Assembly (NCBI GenBank): GCA_036172245.1 | Contig: JAYWIR010000023.1 | Span: 3,038,001-3,102,000, forward strand | Source of the DNA: Raillietiella orientalis | Lineage: Eukaryota | Direction of reading: 5' to 3' | Length of the DNA stretch: 64,000 bases | Part shown: positions 35,001 to 45,437 of the stretch, in pieces | How positions within the stretch are numbered: position 1 is the stretch's first letter | How the letters are laid out: every line of letters starts with the position of its first letter | The notes under the pieces: generated by a model | What the model saw: the letters and a program-made list of their open reading frames with translations, nothing else | Told to the model about the DNA's origin: nothing | Database searches by the model: none | Position numbers and translations under genes: made by a program

Positions 35001-38000
35001 GAGGTGGGCCCACTGCTCTGATACGAGTGGCGCTTAGCGAGGAAGCGCCGGCGCGAAGGACCTTCCCTCGTTCGAGGGCAGCACGCAGCTCCCAGAAGAG
35101 AGGTCTTCCGCGTTCTTCAGATGATTGATTTTTCTCAGCATCCGCGAACCGCTCAGGATACTCTTCCGAGATGGAGTTGCGAGCACCCTTCCGCCATCTC
35201 CACACTCACCTTTTCCCTTGTCAGCGTAGCCACTCGGGGCGCGACGATCACTACAGGGACGACTTTCGCACGGCCAGCGACGCCGGCAGAGCTCCGACTG
35301 GTTCGTAGAATGCGAGCGCGTTCCCCCGGGTTTCCCGGCATCGCAGTACGTGGGCGGGTCTTCAAGGGCGGGAAGCCTGGCCTTGGAAGCGGACGGACGG
35401 GTATCTCAGGAAGTTTTCTGGTCCGCCGTACTGGAGCAGAAAAGCTCCCACGTGCATCCAAGGCGGGAAAGCGGGGACGAAGGCAGAGCCACTTGCGGAT
35501 TCTTCTAACTCCAGCGTCTCGTGAGCTCGGCAAGAAGGAGACGGGACAAGAAGCGAGACGGAAGAGGCGGCGCAGAGTGACCTCCCCCGGATGTCGTCCC
35601 AAGCCGTTCCTTCCCGCTGCCGTCGCTGACGGGCGTGTCGAAAGTCCAGCGACCAGCGCGCACACCGGGGGCTCGAAAGTTGCGGAACAGCTCAGAAACG
35701 ACTTTTGATTCCCAGGAGGCCAGCTTTCGTTCTTCCCTACGGAACCAGCGGGTCTTCCTCTCCCGTGCATCCACCCGTTGAACTATGGAGGCGTGTGAGG
35801 AAAAGTCCGGCATCGGGACTCCGTGGACGTTTCGGGTGCGCTCGATCGGGAAGAGATACGGCGGAAGGCGGGACGCTCGATTCAGTGCCGGAGGCAATTT
35901 TTTCCACCTCACACACCCCACCCCCAAATCAGGGCCCCGTTCGGGAGTCTTACAGCGTGCCTGGGACTCGGCTGAAGGTTCCCATGGGAACCCACAGCCG
36001 AACAGACTCACCTGCCGCCCCTGAGGGGACTCTCTTGCCTTTTTTTTGGTGAGTGGGTGGGATGGGGTCTTTTCCGATCCTTTTCCTCCCGCAAGGTCCA
36101 GGGCGTAGGGCTGAAGAGGATCTCCTGCTCATCATGCACTCCACTCGCTGCGGAGAGCAGGCTGCCCCGGGGCGACTGTGAGAGTCTGGTCCTTGTCTCC
36201 CTTTCTGAGCTCTCGCCCTCTGGCAAAACTTCCTCTGTCCCTCTGATGAAGGGAGAAGCCGCTCGTCAGGCCCCAAGCTCCTCTCTTTGAAGGTCGAGGT
36301 GACTCTGATGCTCCTCAGGGCCATCCTTCGTGCCTCCCCCCAACTCCGGATCGCTCTGATGGGAGGAAAACGAAGATCCTCTACGCTTCCTTAGGATTCC
36401 CTGCGTCTCAGGGGGCGAGAGACTCTGCGCCCTAATCGGCTTCTGCTGACCCAGGATCCAGAAAAATGGGTACGACACCGACGAGCTGCCACGGTCACTT
36501 CGGTCCGCAGGGGTGGGGCCGGAGGACAGGAGACCACGGGAACAGTAGCCGGCTCCCGTGTGACCCTCTCTACCCCTCCATGGAACCACTGGGTTCCCCC
36601 TGAGGCTGCCCGGAGGCGCTTGTGGAGAGCCTTCATGGGAAAAGAGGCTCGAAAGCTCAGGGTTCCTCAGGGTTGCCGTTGGCGCGCCGCCCTTGGAGAC
36701 TCCCTACCCAAGAGGTTACGGATCGCCTTCCGTAGTCGCCGGCTGCCCCTGCCGCCCCTCTTCCGCGCCGAGGCACGCTTCGCGGGAAGAACCACCGCCC
36801 CCTGGGGCAATTTGCAATTCTGAGCCCTCCTGGAGAGCCAGCCGCTATCCAGCCAGGGGAGGGACCAGGAAGGAGGGAGGAGAGAACGAAACTGCGACCC
36901 TGGAAGTCGCTCCACGGCTCCGGGAATCACCGCCTCCGGCGGCGACGCCTCTTCCCTTTCCTCGCCTCAAGAGTTCCCCCCTTTGATCTCTTCTCCTCGT
37001 GCCTCCGGAACCGGCGCTGGAGGGACTCGAAACGTGGTTGGCCGGTCCCTTAGATGACGCGCCGGCGAGCGGCGCTGGCGGATGAATGACAACGGGAGCT
37101 CCGAGCGCGACCGAGTCTCTTCCTGAGAGGAGCACCCCGCGCCTCAGGGCGAGTGGGAGCGACCCTCCTTCCTGGAACCCTCGGGAAAAGAGGATAGGCG
37201 GGTTCTCGCTGTGGGCAAGCCTCGCCTCCTTACTGCTCTCCTAGACGTCTTCCAGCATAGCCGAGAGAGGGAAAGGGAGGAAGGAAAAAGAGAAGGAAAG
37301 GATACGTCCCTCAAAAAGCGCGATGTGCTCCCTTGGAGAGGTCTCCTCTGATTACCCTCCACCTAGAGGGACTCCCCTCTTCCACGGAGAATTTCTGCGA
37401 CCTCCGGTCGTCTGCAACTTTCTCTGCAGCTTGCGACTTTTGCCCTGACTCGCTGCCCTCACGGCAGACCAGGAAGGAGAACCGACCCGAAAGTGGGTGA
37501 CCTGCTTCCAAGTCGGCGTTTGGCTCGGCTTTCCCCCTGGAAGGAATGCGACAGTAAGCAGCTGGGACGTGCCCCTCCGACGCCTTCCAGGGAAGCTGGA
37601 GGGCGAAGGAGCCACTCCGAGCCAGAAGGAAGCCCGTGGGAGAAGCTCTCGAGGTGGTCACCTTTCCATTGAACCCATTCCTTCCCTCTCCTTCCTCTTT
37701 CCATTTGAAGAGCGCACACGAGGTGGAGACCCAGATGCATCCGGAGCCATCGACAAAGGGAGAGGACGGTCATTCCCTCCGGGTCTCTCGGCCAAGTAAA
37801 CTGGCCAAAGAGTAGAAGAGTTCCAACCCCTTGAACCCCAACAAACGTTCACTGAACTCCTTGAACTGTTGACCCAAAACCTTCAGGATCTGAGCCTATC
37901 CCAAGCGCCACTCCTGCTTCGTCTGCTGGAGTCACTCTGGATGTCCAGACTGCTCATTTCAGGGAAGAGGGGGACTCCTATCCACCACTCTGCTAGGGAA

Positions 38001-41000
38001 AATGATGACATCATTCCCCCTGCCGCTCCCCTCGGGCAACCATACGATTGAGAGCTTCGCACTGACCCCGTATTCTACAACCGTCGGCTTCACCACCCCA
38101 TCCTCCCTAATTCCGATTGGTTCCCACCACGTTCGCGCAGGAGACCTCACGATCCCCCGACACGCAGCATCACCCGTTCGTACTTAGTGGGCCACCCAGT
38201 GCCGACTGGAAACGAGTCGAGATGCCATCTCACGCCGATCGTTCTCTTGCCTACACCCTCCCTTCCCTGTAGTACCCCGTCACCTCTCACCTCCCCGCGA
38301 GGAGCGGCGCGTGGTGCAGAGAGGCCTCCAGTGACTTCTTCCAGGTGGAGACGGTGGGCGAGATCTATATGGCAGTCAGCGGCGCCCCTACGACGAACCC
38401 CGAGCACTCCAAGGAGCTGGGACACGTCGCCCTGGCGATGCTCAATACCAACGTGAGGACGGAGAATGGGAAAGTGAAACTCCGAATAGGTGGGTGGCCC
38501 CGGAGGGGACGTTTCGCGCTCCGGGGTCAGCGAAGTACGGCCCGCGATATTCCGAGAGTACTCTGCGCACTTCCGAGGCCTCTGGACCGAAACCAGGTCA
38601 GTGTGCAGCGCACGCGCGGATTCCCTCCCGGAAAATAGATCTGCGCTTCTGACGTTACCCAAAGAAAATTCGGACGAGAGAGGAAAAGAAAAAAAGAGAG
38701 GCATCTAAAGGGACGCCCCAATGGAGTACACACAAACGCAGCCCCTTCCTGGTTTGGACGATGCTCGCTATAGATCCAGTCGTGACTCTCGTCTCCAAGA
38801 GCCTGGTTCGCGACCCCCTGACAATCGGTCTGCTGCTGAAAAAACGGAACAGAAACCGGAAGAAATCTCCCCCCCTCCCCCGAGAGATCTTCACCGGGGT
38901 TAATCTTTGGCCAGTCCTCACGCCCTAAATTTTCAATTTCTCGCATTTCTATGTGTTTTCGGTCCTGCGCTCTCACATTTCGTCACGGTGCTCACCATCC
39001 CTCCCTTTGTGCTCTCATGACGGCCGCCCCCATGTCGTGTTTCGCGAACCTCCTCGGTGGAAATGGAGAGTCCTCCATTTCTCCGGTGACGAAGACGGTG
39101 TCAGTCTTCCCCCAAAATCTCCTGGGCGAGGGCTTCTTGCGCTGCTTCTCCACTTCTCCCCCCTGCTTCCCCCTAATTTGTGGGTCTGTATGCCGGCTGC
39201 ACTCTCACCGGTTGCCACCTCGTCCCTTTCCGAATCCGATTCCTTCCCCTCGGGCCTCAAACCGAATCCCCACAGCGCTATCAAGGACATCGAGCTAAAA
39301 GGTAACAAGAAAGGGACAATTCATCTGTCTTCATGTCTTCCGCCTCTGGGGTCTCGACGCTCGGATTGACCCAGCACTTGGAGCTCTCTTCCAGCTTTCT
39401 GCCTTTGCCTCCCGATGCTCACAAATGATGTGCTGTTGCTCTGTTTTTGCAGGAATGCACGTGGGCCCCGTAGTAGCTGGAGTAGTGGGTCTCAAAATGC
39501 CAAGGTACTGCATTTTCGGAGACACCGTCAACACTGCCTCGAGGATGCAAAGTCATGGATTGGTAACTCGCTTTTTCTTGTCTCAGTGACCGACTGTGAT
39601 GGGACGGCGACTGGGAACAGAGGGAAGGGCATGAGGGGAGTTGGACATACTGGCTAACGGCGACCCCGAAGCCAAGGCTGTTGTCTGCGTGCGAGATTGG
39701 GAACGCGTGGGCATTCCTCCTGAGAGCATAGATGCTTATTGGACCTCGGATGGACTTTTGTTGCACTCTTTGCAAACTCAGGACTCTTGCTTTCAGCTGC
39801 GCTCCTCCCCATCCTGAATGAAAGCGAAAGAAATTTGTTTCATTTGGTTTGGTTTGTTCTTCTTTCATACATTTCAAGAAAGGAAGCGTGGTCCATCCGG
39901 TTTCTTCCATCTTCCTCATTTCTCATAAGAAAAGACTAGAATCTTTTCCCATGTCTGGGAAGTAGGAGAATCAAATGTCTCTGAAAACTTTTGTCAAGAC
40001 GTCTTCCTCTCGATCTTCTTGCCTTCTGCATCATTTTTTGTGACTTTTCTCCTTTTCAGTATTCTTTTCGGATTACCATCAAGAGGATCTCGGACGTGCA
40101 CATCGCACTGGACCATTTGAGAAAACTCTCCACTCTGATGAGTTGGGAAGCAAATTGCTTCTCAGCTTCCTTTATGAATGCATCAGGAAGGCTGAAACAA
40201 CTTCAGAATTCTTGCTTGGTTCAGTGCCAGCTCAGCTCGTGGCTCCTAGTCTTTCTCGATTTCCTTGTTTTCCGTCTGCTGCACCACTGTCACCCTGGAA
40301 CGGTGCCTTTCTTGCGGAGACATTTTGAGCAAATAGATCTGATGTTTCGCCTTCCAGTGTTCAGGAAATTCTTACGTGTCCAATACTCAGTCCAGAAAAT
40401 TCACTCTTCACGTGCATTTTCTTCCTGGATCACTTAAATTTGCGTGTGCGTGCTCTTCATCCGTTAGGTTTCGAAAGATTCCTCGTTTATTTTTATACCG
40501 CAATCATCATTTTCTCCCATTGGCATGAATAAATTCTAAACAGTGGAAATCTCGGTAACTCGGTTATGTTATTATTAGTGATTATTTTGCTGGAGAGGTA
40601 TTCTCTCCGTTTCAACTATTGGTTAATCAGTCCAGCACTTTTAGACAAGAAGAGAAACTCCCAAGAATAGACCAGAGATATTGGATCTCTAATTAAAAAC
40701 TAATGATTGCTCAAATGTTCCACAAAAACATCATTTCTAAAGATCATGCATTCCTGAAATCGCTTTCTTACAATTAAACATTTCGGACAAAAAAGACACC
40801 TCTTAAGTGTAGAGAATTGTGCGATGATGCTATGAGACTGTGTTCTCGCACATTTTGCAACGTTTGTATGACTGGGATCCCTGGAAACAAACATTTCTTA
40901 TCACCATTTCTATGGGACCTTTCGTTCGCTAATTAATTCCTGACCCTTGATCACGAAAGTCGCTCATTTGATTTTCATTTGTCCGCTATCTCCATCAGCT

Positions 41001-44000
41001 AAAAAATTTCCAGGAAAGCTACAAACTTGTTATAAGAACGAACTCTTTCATAAGTTCTACTGATTCATATTGCCTCCATCTCTTTCTCGGCTTTGTAAGG
41101 CCTGTAAACAAGGCTTTCTGGTTGACAACTTCCCCTGAATCTATAAGATCCACTCATCATCATCATCACTAAGGTTCCATCCAAGAGTAGCTTCCTCATT
41201 GCATCAAACAGATGGGAGTCTAATGCGTCCAGATCAAATCCGAGTCTTATGGAGCAGCACGGCTCGGTATCAAGTGCCGCTTCGGCCTCGTAGTGACTTC
41301 TGCTTTCCGCTAACTGCGTGATTTCTGGTCTTACGTCGTCTTGTGAAAGAAGAACGTGGATATTTGAAGCTCCGTTCCACGTGCTTACGGGTCTTTGCAG
41401 ATTCCATGTCTCGAACGACCGCGCACGACCGCACAGCTTTCTTCTTGTCTTCCGGAGACGTCATCTTTAGGAAGTTCTGTTTCGTTGATCTGAATTGACT
41501 TTTCTATGCCACAACTTGTCAGCAAACAAGAAAACTTTTCCCTTTTTACTTTACAATGATGAACTTCCTTATTTCTTCTTCCTCAGCCGGATGCAATCCA
41601 TGTCTCGTACGCTTGCTACGAGCAGCTTCGAAGATTCGATTTTAAACTGGAAAAGAGAGGGAAGATTCACGTGAAAGTAAGTTTTTCTATCTTGATCTCA
41701 TGTGCTTAATGGTATAGATGGAGATTTAATATATTTAATTCTGATACGTTTGGCTAAAGTTCGATGGCATTTTAAAATCATGTAGAATCATCGTTCATCA
41801 AATGTTCGATCGAAACCATTCGAATACTCGATGTAAAACTTTGTAAAACTTTCATTATATTTACGTGTGTTTGTGGGGTATAAATAGAATGTGGCGCATG
41901 TGTTCATCGCTGATCTCAGAAGCATGTATGAGTTTGGTATGTGCAAGAAACTTGATTCAGTTGTCTCATCTCTGGCTCTTGCATTCGTGCATCGGATCCA
42001 CCTATCGACCTTGTACTGCCAGCTGTAATCTCCCTCAAATTGGAATCAGGAATCCTTCCGCTAGGATAGCTCTCCTCTCGTTCACTCTGGAAATTTGGCA
42101 CTGATTACACCAATTCTGCACAAATTCTCCTTTTGGAGGTGCGCACTCAGGTTTCTAGCAGAGGATTCTCAATATGGCTTCATTCTTCAGTAAGAGAAGG
42201 TTGACAAAGCTCTTTCCTCTTTTTATTTTTACTTTTATTTGTCCATTAATGGAATCCCACAAGCCAGTTGTTGCCTCGCTGAGTATCTCAGTAGGCACAC
42301 AAATCTGTAATAGGCTGGTCTGAAAATTTTTGGTCTCTTGAGAACTGCCAACGTCTTCTTGAGATGGATCAGAACGTCGTTTATAGAGAGAATAAACTTC
42401 TCCACTTTGCACTGATTTTTTTTTTTTTTTTTGGTTTCACACGAGTCCGTGTTGGCAGCAGTAGCAATGACATCCGCGCACGTTACCCAGAGTATTGGGT
42501 TCGAATCCCCTCAAGGATCGACTCCGAGTTCGATACATTGGGGAGGGAGGAATGAATCAGGATCCGATCGTTGATCACGAGCTGCATCCTGAATGAAGTC
42601 CAGAAAAATAAATTGATGGTAGATTGCTACAGCTCGTATCAGAGAGGCGAGACGAATGGTTCCTGTCAGCATGTGGGACGTTAAAAGAGTTGCTTTGGAG
42701 AATTATTTGATCAGTGCTTCACCAACTCCTTTCGTTTTCATTTTTCTTTTAAATTTTCTCTCAAGGCGAGGGAAGCCTCGGTAGAATAGTAGCTTGTTTT
42801 CTTCCGTGTTTCCCCCCTTCTCGGTTGTGAAGTATCCACAAGCACTGTTGTCTGGAACTCCGATTTCACCCTTCCTCTTCAGCCCAAATCATCTTCACAT
42901 CACGACACTTGACGAAATTGTTGCTGCCGCTTCAGTGAGAACACCCCCCGTCCTCTCGACACGCGATTTTCATCAAGTCTCGGCGTCTGATCCAGGCGAG
43001 AATCGTCGAGAAAGCTCCTTCCCGATTGAAAACGCTCCCAGACGTTCGAATTCGGTCATGGTTCAAATTAGACCGCCTGTATGACCCCTCCACACCACCC
43101 TCCCCAAAGCGAATCCCGCTTTGGTGGACTGCGAGTCGTGCAGAGGAGTCCGCCGATTTCCAGGGATACTTCCTCACCGTTCTTTTTCACCTGAACCCCT
43201 CACAGCTTTCCCGGAGATGATCCCTGACTCCTCCCCCACTGTAAGATTCCCCTCCATCTGGCCCGCGTCCCTTCCCTGCAACACTTCATTTCGGGCAGCC
43301 CCTCTAGCAAATTCTAACAGCCTTGCGAGCAACCTCATTGAACCTCAGTTCCGTTTCGGATTCAAGCTTTCGCTCTCCTGGTCCATCTCTTCAGCGTGGA
43401 GTTCCTCCATTCAACACGAATTTAGCGTGCATTTTGTCCGTCAGAAGGCAGGGCTCCGCGATCTTCGTTGCTAAGGTTTCAATCGATGGTAGAGCAGATC
43501 TGGACGATCCGGTTGGATAAATGGGCTCACGAGCGGCTACGTTGCGAGCGAAAGATTTGCCTAAGGGTAAAAAGTACAAATGCCAACAGGGCTGAGTTTT
43601 TTGTCGTTTTCCCCTGTTTTGACAAAAATCAGGGTCCTGCTCGGCGCCCGGGAATCTCACTTCCGAGGACTCGGGTAGTTCGTATCAATGTAAGCTGAAG
43701 AGATTGGGTCAGTTCTGCAGCTGTCCCTTCTATCTTTGTCGCGTTCCCCCCTTTGAAAACACTGTCTTCCGCAGATATCCGCTCGCGCCCAACAAGAAAG
43801 TCGCAAGACGTAGATTTAAAAACAAAAATAAAAGAAATCATATATTTTTCCAATCCATGCAAAACAGAAGTGTCCTAGTGACTTTATGCTTATTCCGTTG
43901 CACTTTTAAGTAATCAGTCACACGCGAAGAAACAGACTGAATTGCTTAGATCTTGTCCATTCCGCATCGGAAGCAATCTCCATCACCTAGGGCTTTCTGT

Positions 44001-45437
44001 GTTTAGGAAAAACGCGTTTCTCAAGTCATCAGGGCGTGTTTTTTGTTTGTTTTTTTTTGAAAGAGCTTCATTCTGTGGGCAGAAACTCAGGTTTTCGTAG
44101 CGGTAATACAGAAAGAACACTAAAGTCGGCATCTGGTTCTCATCTATTGTATTTACGCTGAATTAATAAAAAATCAGCTGTAGAGTGCACTGATATAAAT
44201 GAACTCGGTAATTTATGAAAGTAGATAAAAAAATGAACAAATAAATTGCTAGAACGGTTTGTTCAACTTGAAGTTTGTCACATATGGAAAATGGTCTTGC
44301 TGATTTTGCTGTTGGTATTTTATTTTTTATTTTGAGTTCCACTGGCAGCACCATTCAATTGGGTTGATGATTTCGGTAATCGATGTCAAAAACTTCATTG
44401 AAAGAAAATTAAAGTGCAGTGCATGATCACTCCTCTTCCCTCCCCACACAAGCGCTCTCACAGCTTTTTGCTTCGATCTCTTTTCGCCAGAAAAATATTT
44501 TGCAAATTCTTCTGCAGTGGATTTGCTTGTGAAAATGTCGCCGTACCGACAAAATATTGATGCCCTTGCATCTCAGTGATTCTAATCATTTGTGATGCTA
44601 TCATCATCCCTTTACTTATGTAGAAAGCAAAAGTGCTGCTTGCATGTTCAAGAAAGAAGCCGAAGTAAGCAACCGAAGACAAAGCCAAGCAAGCAGAAGT
44701 ATCGATGCTCTACGAAGGTCACGGATATCCCGGAGAGACGCGAAGGAAACCTAGCTGAGTCCTGTTGCCAAGATGTCCACATCTTGGAAAAAAAAAAGGA
44801 TGCATATTTCAAGCTTCGAACAATCCACGATCTGGGTGCTGTCTACAAACTGTAAACTTCTGATATGCAAATAATCAAGCATTAGTTTTGAAGGTTTTGA
44901 AGAACGATATCTCTCTTGAAATAAAGAGAACCCTTGAAACAGTGTGCCACTTAGGGTCCAGAAGGTGTAGCAAAGTCAGCGTGCACGCGTGTCTGCTATT
45001 CACTGTATTCAATCGGATTACGAAATAGATTAGAAACTCGAGAAAGCGCAGAGATTTAAGAGAAAAAATCACTAAATTAAACAAAAGGTCTGATAAATCC
45101 TAAAGGATACGAAGAGTAAAGGATAGATCTTTTACTCTTCATCAACGAGAACAGCTGCACATAACAAATCGGGCGAGGAGCCAAGGAACGCACCAAGCAT
45201 TCTCATGGCGCTCAATTATGCTCAGAATGAAACCGCATTCCGTTCGAACAAAAGCATGATGACTCTCTGATTGATGGTGGAGCATGCCAAAATACTTGAT
45301 GATGCCGACTGAGTAGTCTTAGCATAGTGATATGTGGAGTGAATGCATGCTGTAATTCTTAATCCACGTTTCAGGGAAAAGGGGAAATGCTGACGTACTG
45401 GTTAATTGGACTCCCACCAGACAACAGGGTAACATAG
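14035..45437 (+). CDS. Gyc89Da: Atypical (putatively O2-regulated) soluble guanylyl cyclase, Gyc-89Da/Db-like; 11 coding exons, ~602 aa
   Basis: Exons 14035-14079, 17433-17885, 19929-20234, 20282-20454, 25058-25165, 27187-27355, 34637-34783, 38345-38489, 39453-39562, 41587-41676 and 45375-45437 join in frame through GT-AG introns. The translation has an H-NOX start ([14 protein letters not shown]...THQIYPD...[10 protein letters not shown]...[25 protein letters not shown]), HNOBA/coiled coil ([26 protein letters not shown]) and a class III cyclase ([51 protein letters not shown]). The Gyc-89 subfamily call is from my recollection of the insect sequences, not a search. Confidence 0.93.
17433..17885 (+). 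CDS. Gyc89Da: sGC exon 2, H-NOX haem-binding domain
   Basis: Acceptor ttccag|GTC, donor GAC|gtaag, 151 codons. Contains the proximal His region ([10 protein letters not shown]), YMTTR and SPYLKGQ. Confidence 0.95.
19929..20234 (+). CDS. Gyc89Da: sGC exon 3, H-NOX end and PAS/HNOBA
   Basis: ttgcag|ATC...AAGATC|gtgagt; encodes [20 protein letters not shown]...[13 protein letters not shown]. Confidence 0.93.
20282..20454 (+). CDS. Gyc89Da: sGC exon 4, HNOBA
   Basis: Follows a 47-nt intron; ILFEIEL...[20 protein letters not shown]; phase-2 donor gtgagt. Confidence 0.9.
21750..22480 (-). mobile_element. Second, diverged copy of the LTR-like segment, in sGC intron 4
   Basis: Collinear similarity to 2660-3290 (gcggg.tcgaa, ggcactggt, ggaatcaaggagt, ctcctccgg, cgtccct..ggggttctct, gggttccctc.ggagaagaa.ttcc, agcggatcc, tggatt). 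Confidence 0.55.
25058..25165 (+). CDS. Gyc89Da: sGC exon 5, HNOBA
   Basis: tgtttag|T...AA|gtgagt; [36 protein letters not shown]. Absent from the ORF track on this strand. Confidence 0.9.
25701..25720. repeat. (AC)10 microsatellite after a poly-A run
   Basis: Read directly. Confidence 0.9.
27187..27355 (+). CDS. Gyc89Da: sGC exon 6, coiled-coil/signalling helix
   Basis: tttcag|G...CAG|gtaat; [40 protein letters not shown]. Confidence 0.93.
29538..29628 (+). repeat. Imperfect hairpin, pre-miRNA-like geometry
   Basis: 29546-29572 pairs with 29593-29619 (27 bp, 2 mismatches, 3 G:U) around a 20-nt loop, and extends about 5-8 bp further outward. Confidence 0.7.
31909..31968. repeat. Perfect tandem repeat (GAACAGGAACCTTAC)x4
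   Basis: Four identical 15-nt units read directly. Confidence 0.97.
33640..33900 (+). repeat. Dispersed repeat copy A, inverted relative to copy B at ~35240-35490
   Basis: The ORF-track translations [50 protein letters not shown] (+) and [51 protein letters not shown] (-) reveal the nucleotide homology. Confidence 0.85.
34637..34783 (+). CDS. Gyc89Da: sGC exon 7, start of cyclase domain
   Basis: ctgcag|AAT...AAG|gtgagt; [12 protein letters not shown]...[19 protein letters not shown]; 147 nt, phase 0-0. Confidence 0.93.
35240..35490 (-). repeat. Dispersed repeat copy B
   Basis: Reverse-complement homologue of ~33640-33900. Confidence 0.85.
38345..38489 (+). CDS. Gyc89Da: sGC exon 8, cyclase domain
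   Basis: ttccag|GTG...ATAG|gtgggt; [15 protein letters not shown]...VKLRIG. Confidence 0.93.
39453..39562 (+). CDS. Gyc89Da: sGC exon 9, cyclase signature
   Basis: ttgcag|GA...TTG|gtaact; [36 protein letters not shown]. Confidence 0.95.
41587..41676 (+). CDS. Gyc89Da: sGC exon 10
   Basis: cctcag|CCG...AAA|gtaagt; [30 protein letters not shown]. Confidence 0.92.
42445..42690 (+). mobile_element. tRNA-derived SINE-like element in sGC intron 10
   Basis: A-box-like TGGCAGCAGTAG (~42452) and B-box GGGTTCGAATCCC (~42497), preceded by poly-T and ending near GGGACGTTAAAA. I could not fold a complete cloverleaf. Confidence 0.5.
45375..45437 (+). CDS. Gyc89Da: sGC last coding exon ([20 protein letters not shown])
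   Basis: tttcag|GGA; conserved GKGxMxTYWL motif; TAG at 45435-45437. Confidence 0.88.
   Translation, partial: GKGEMLTYWLIGLPPDNRVT

Noticed and set aside
42794..43470. RT-like motif GTPISPFLF
   Set aside because: No following YADD-type motif or other RT blocks in frame, so I cannot support a call.
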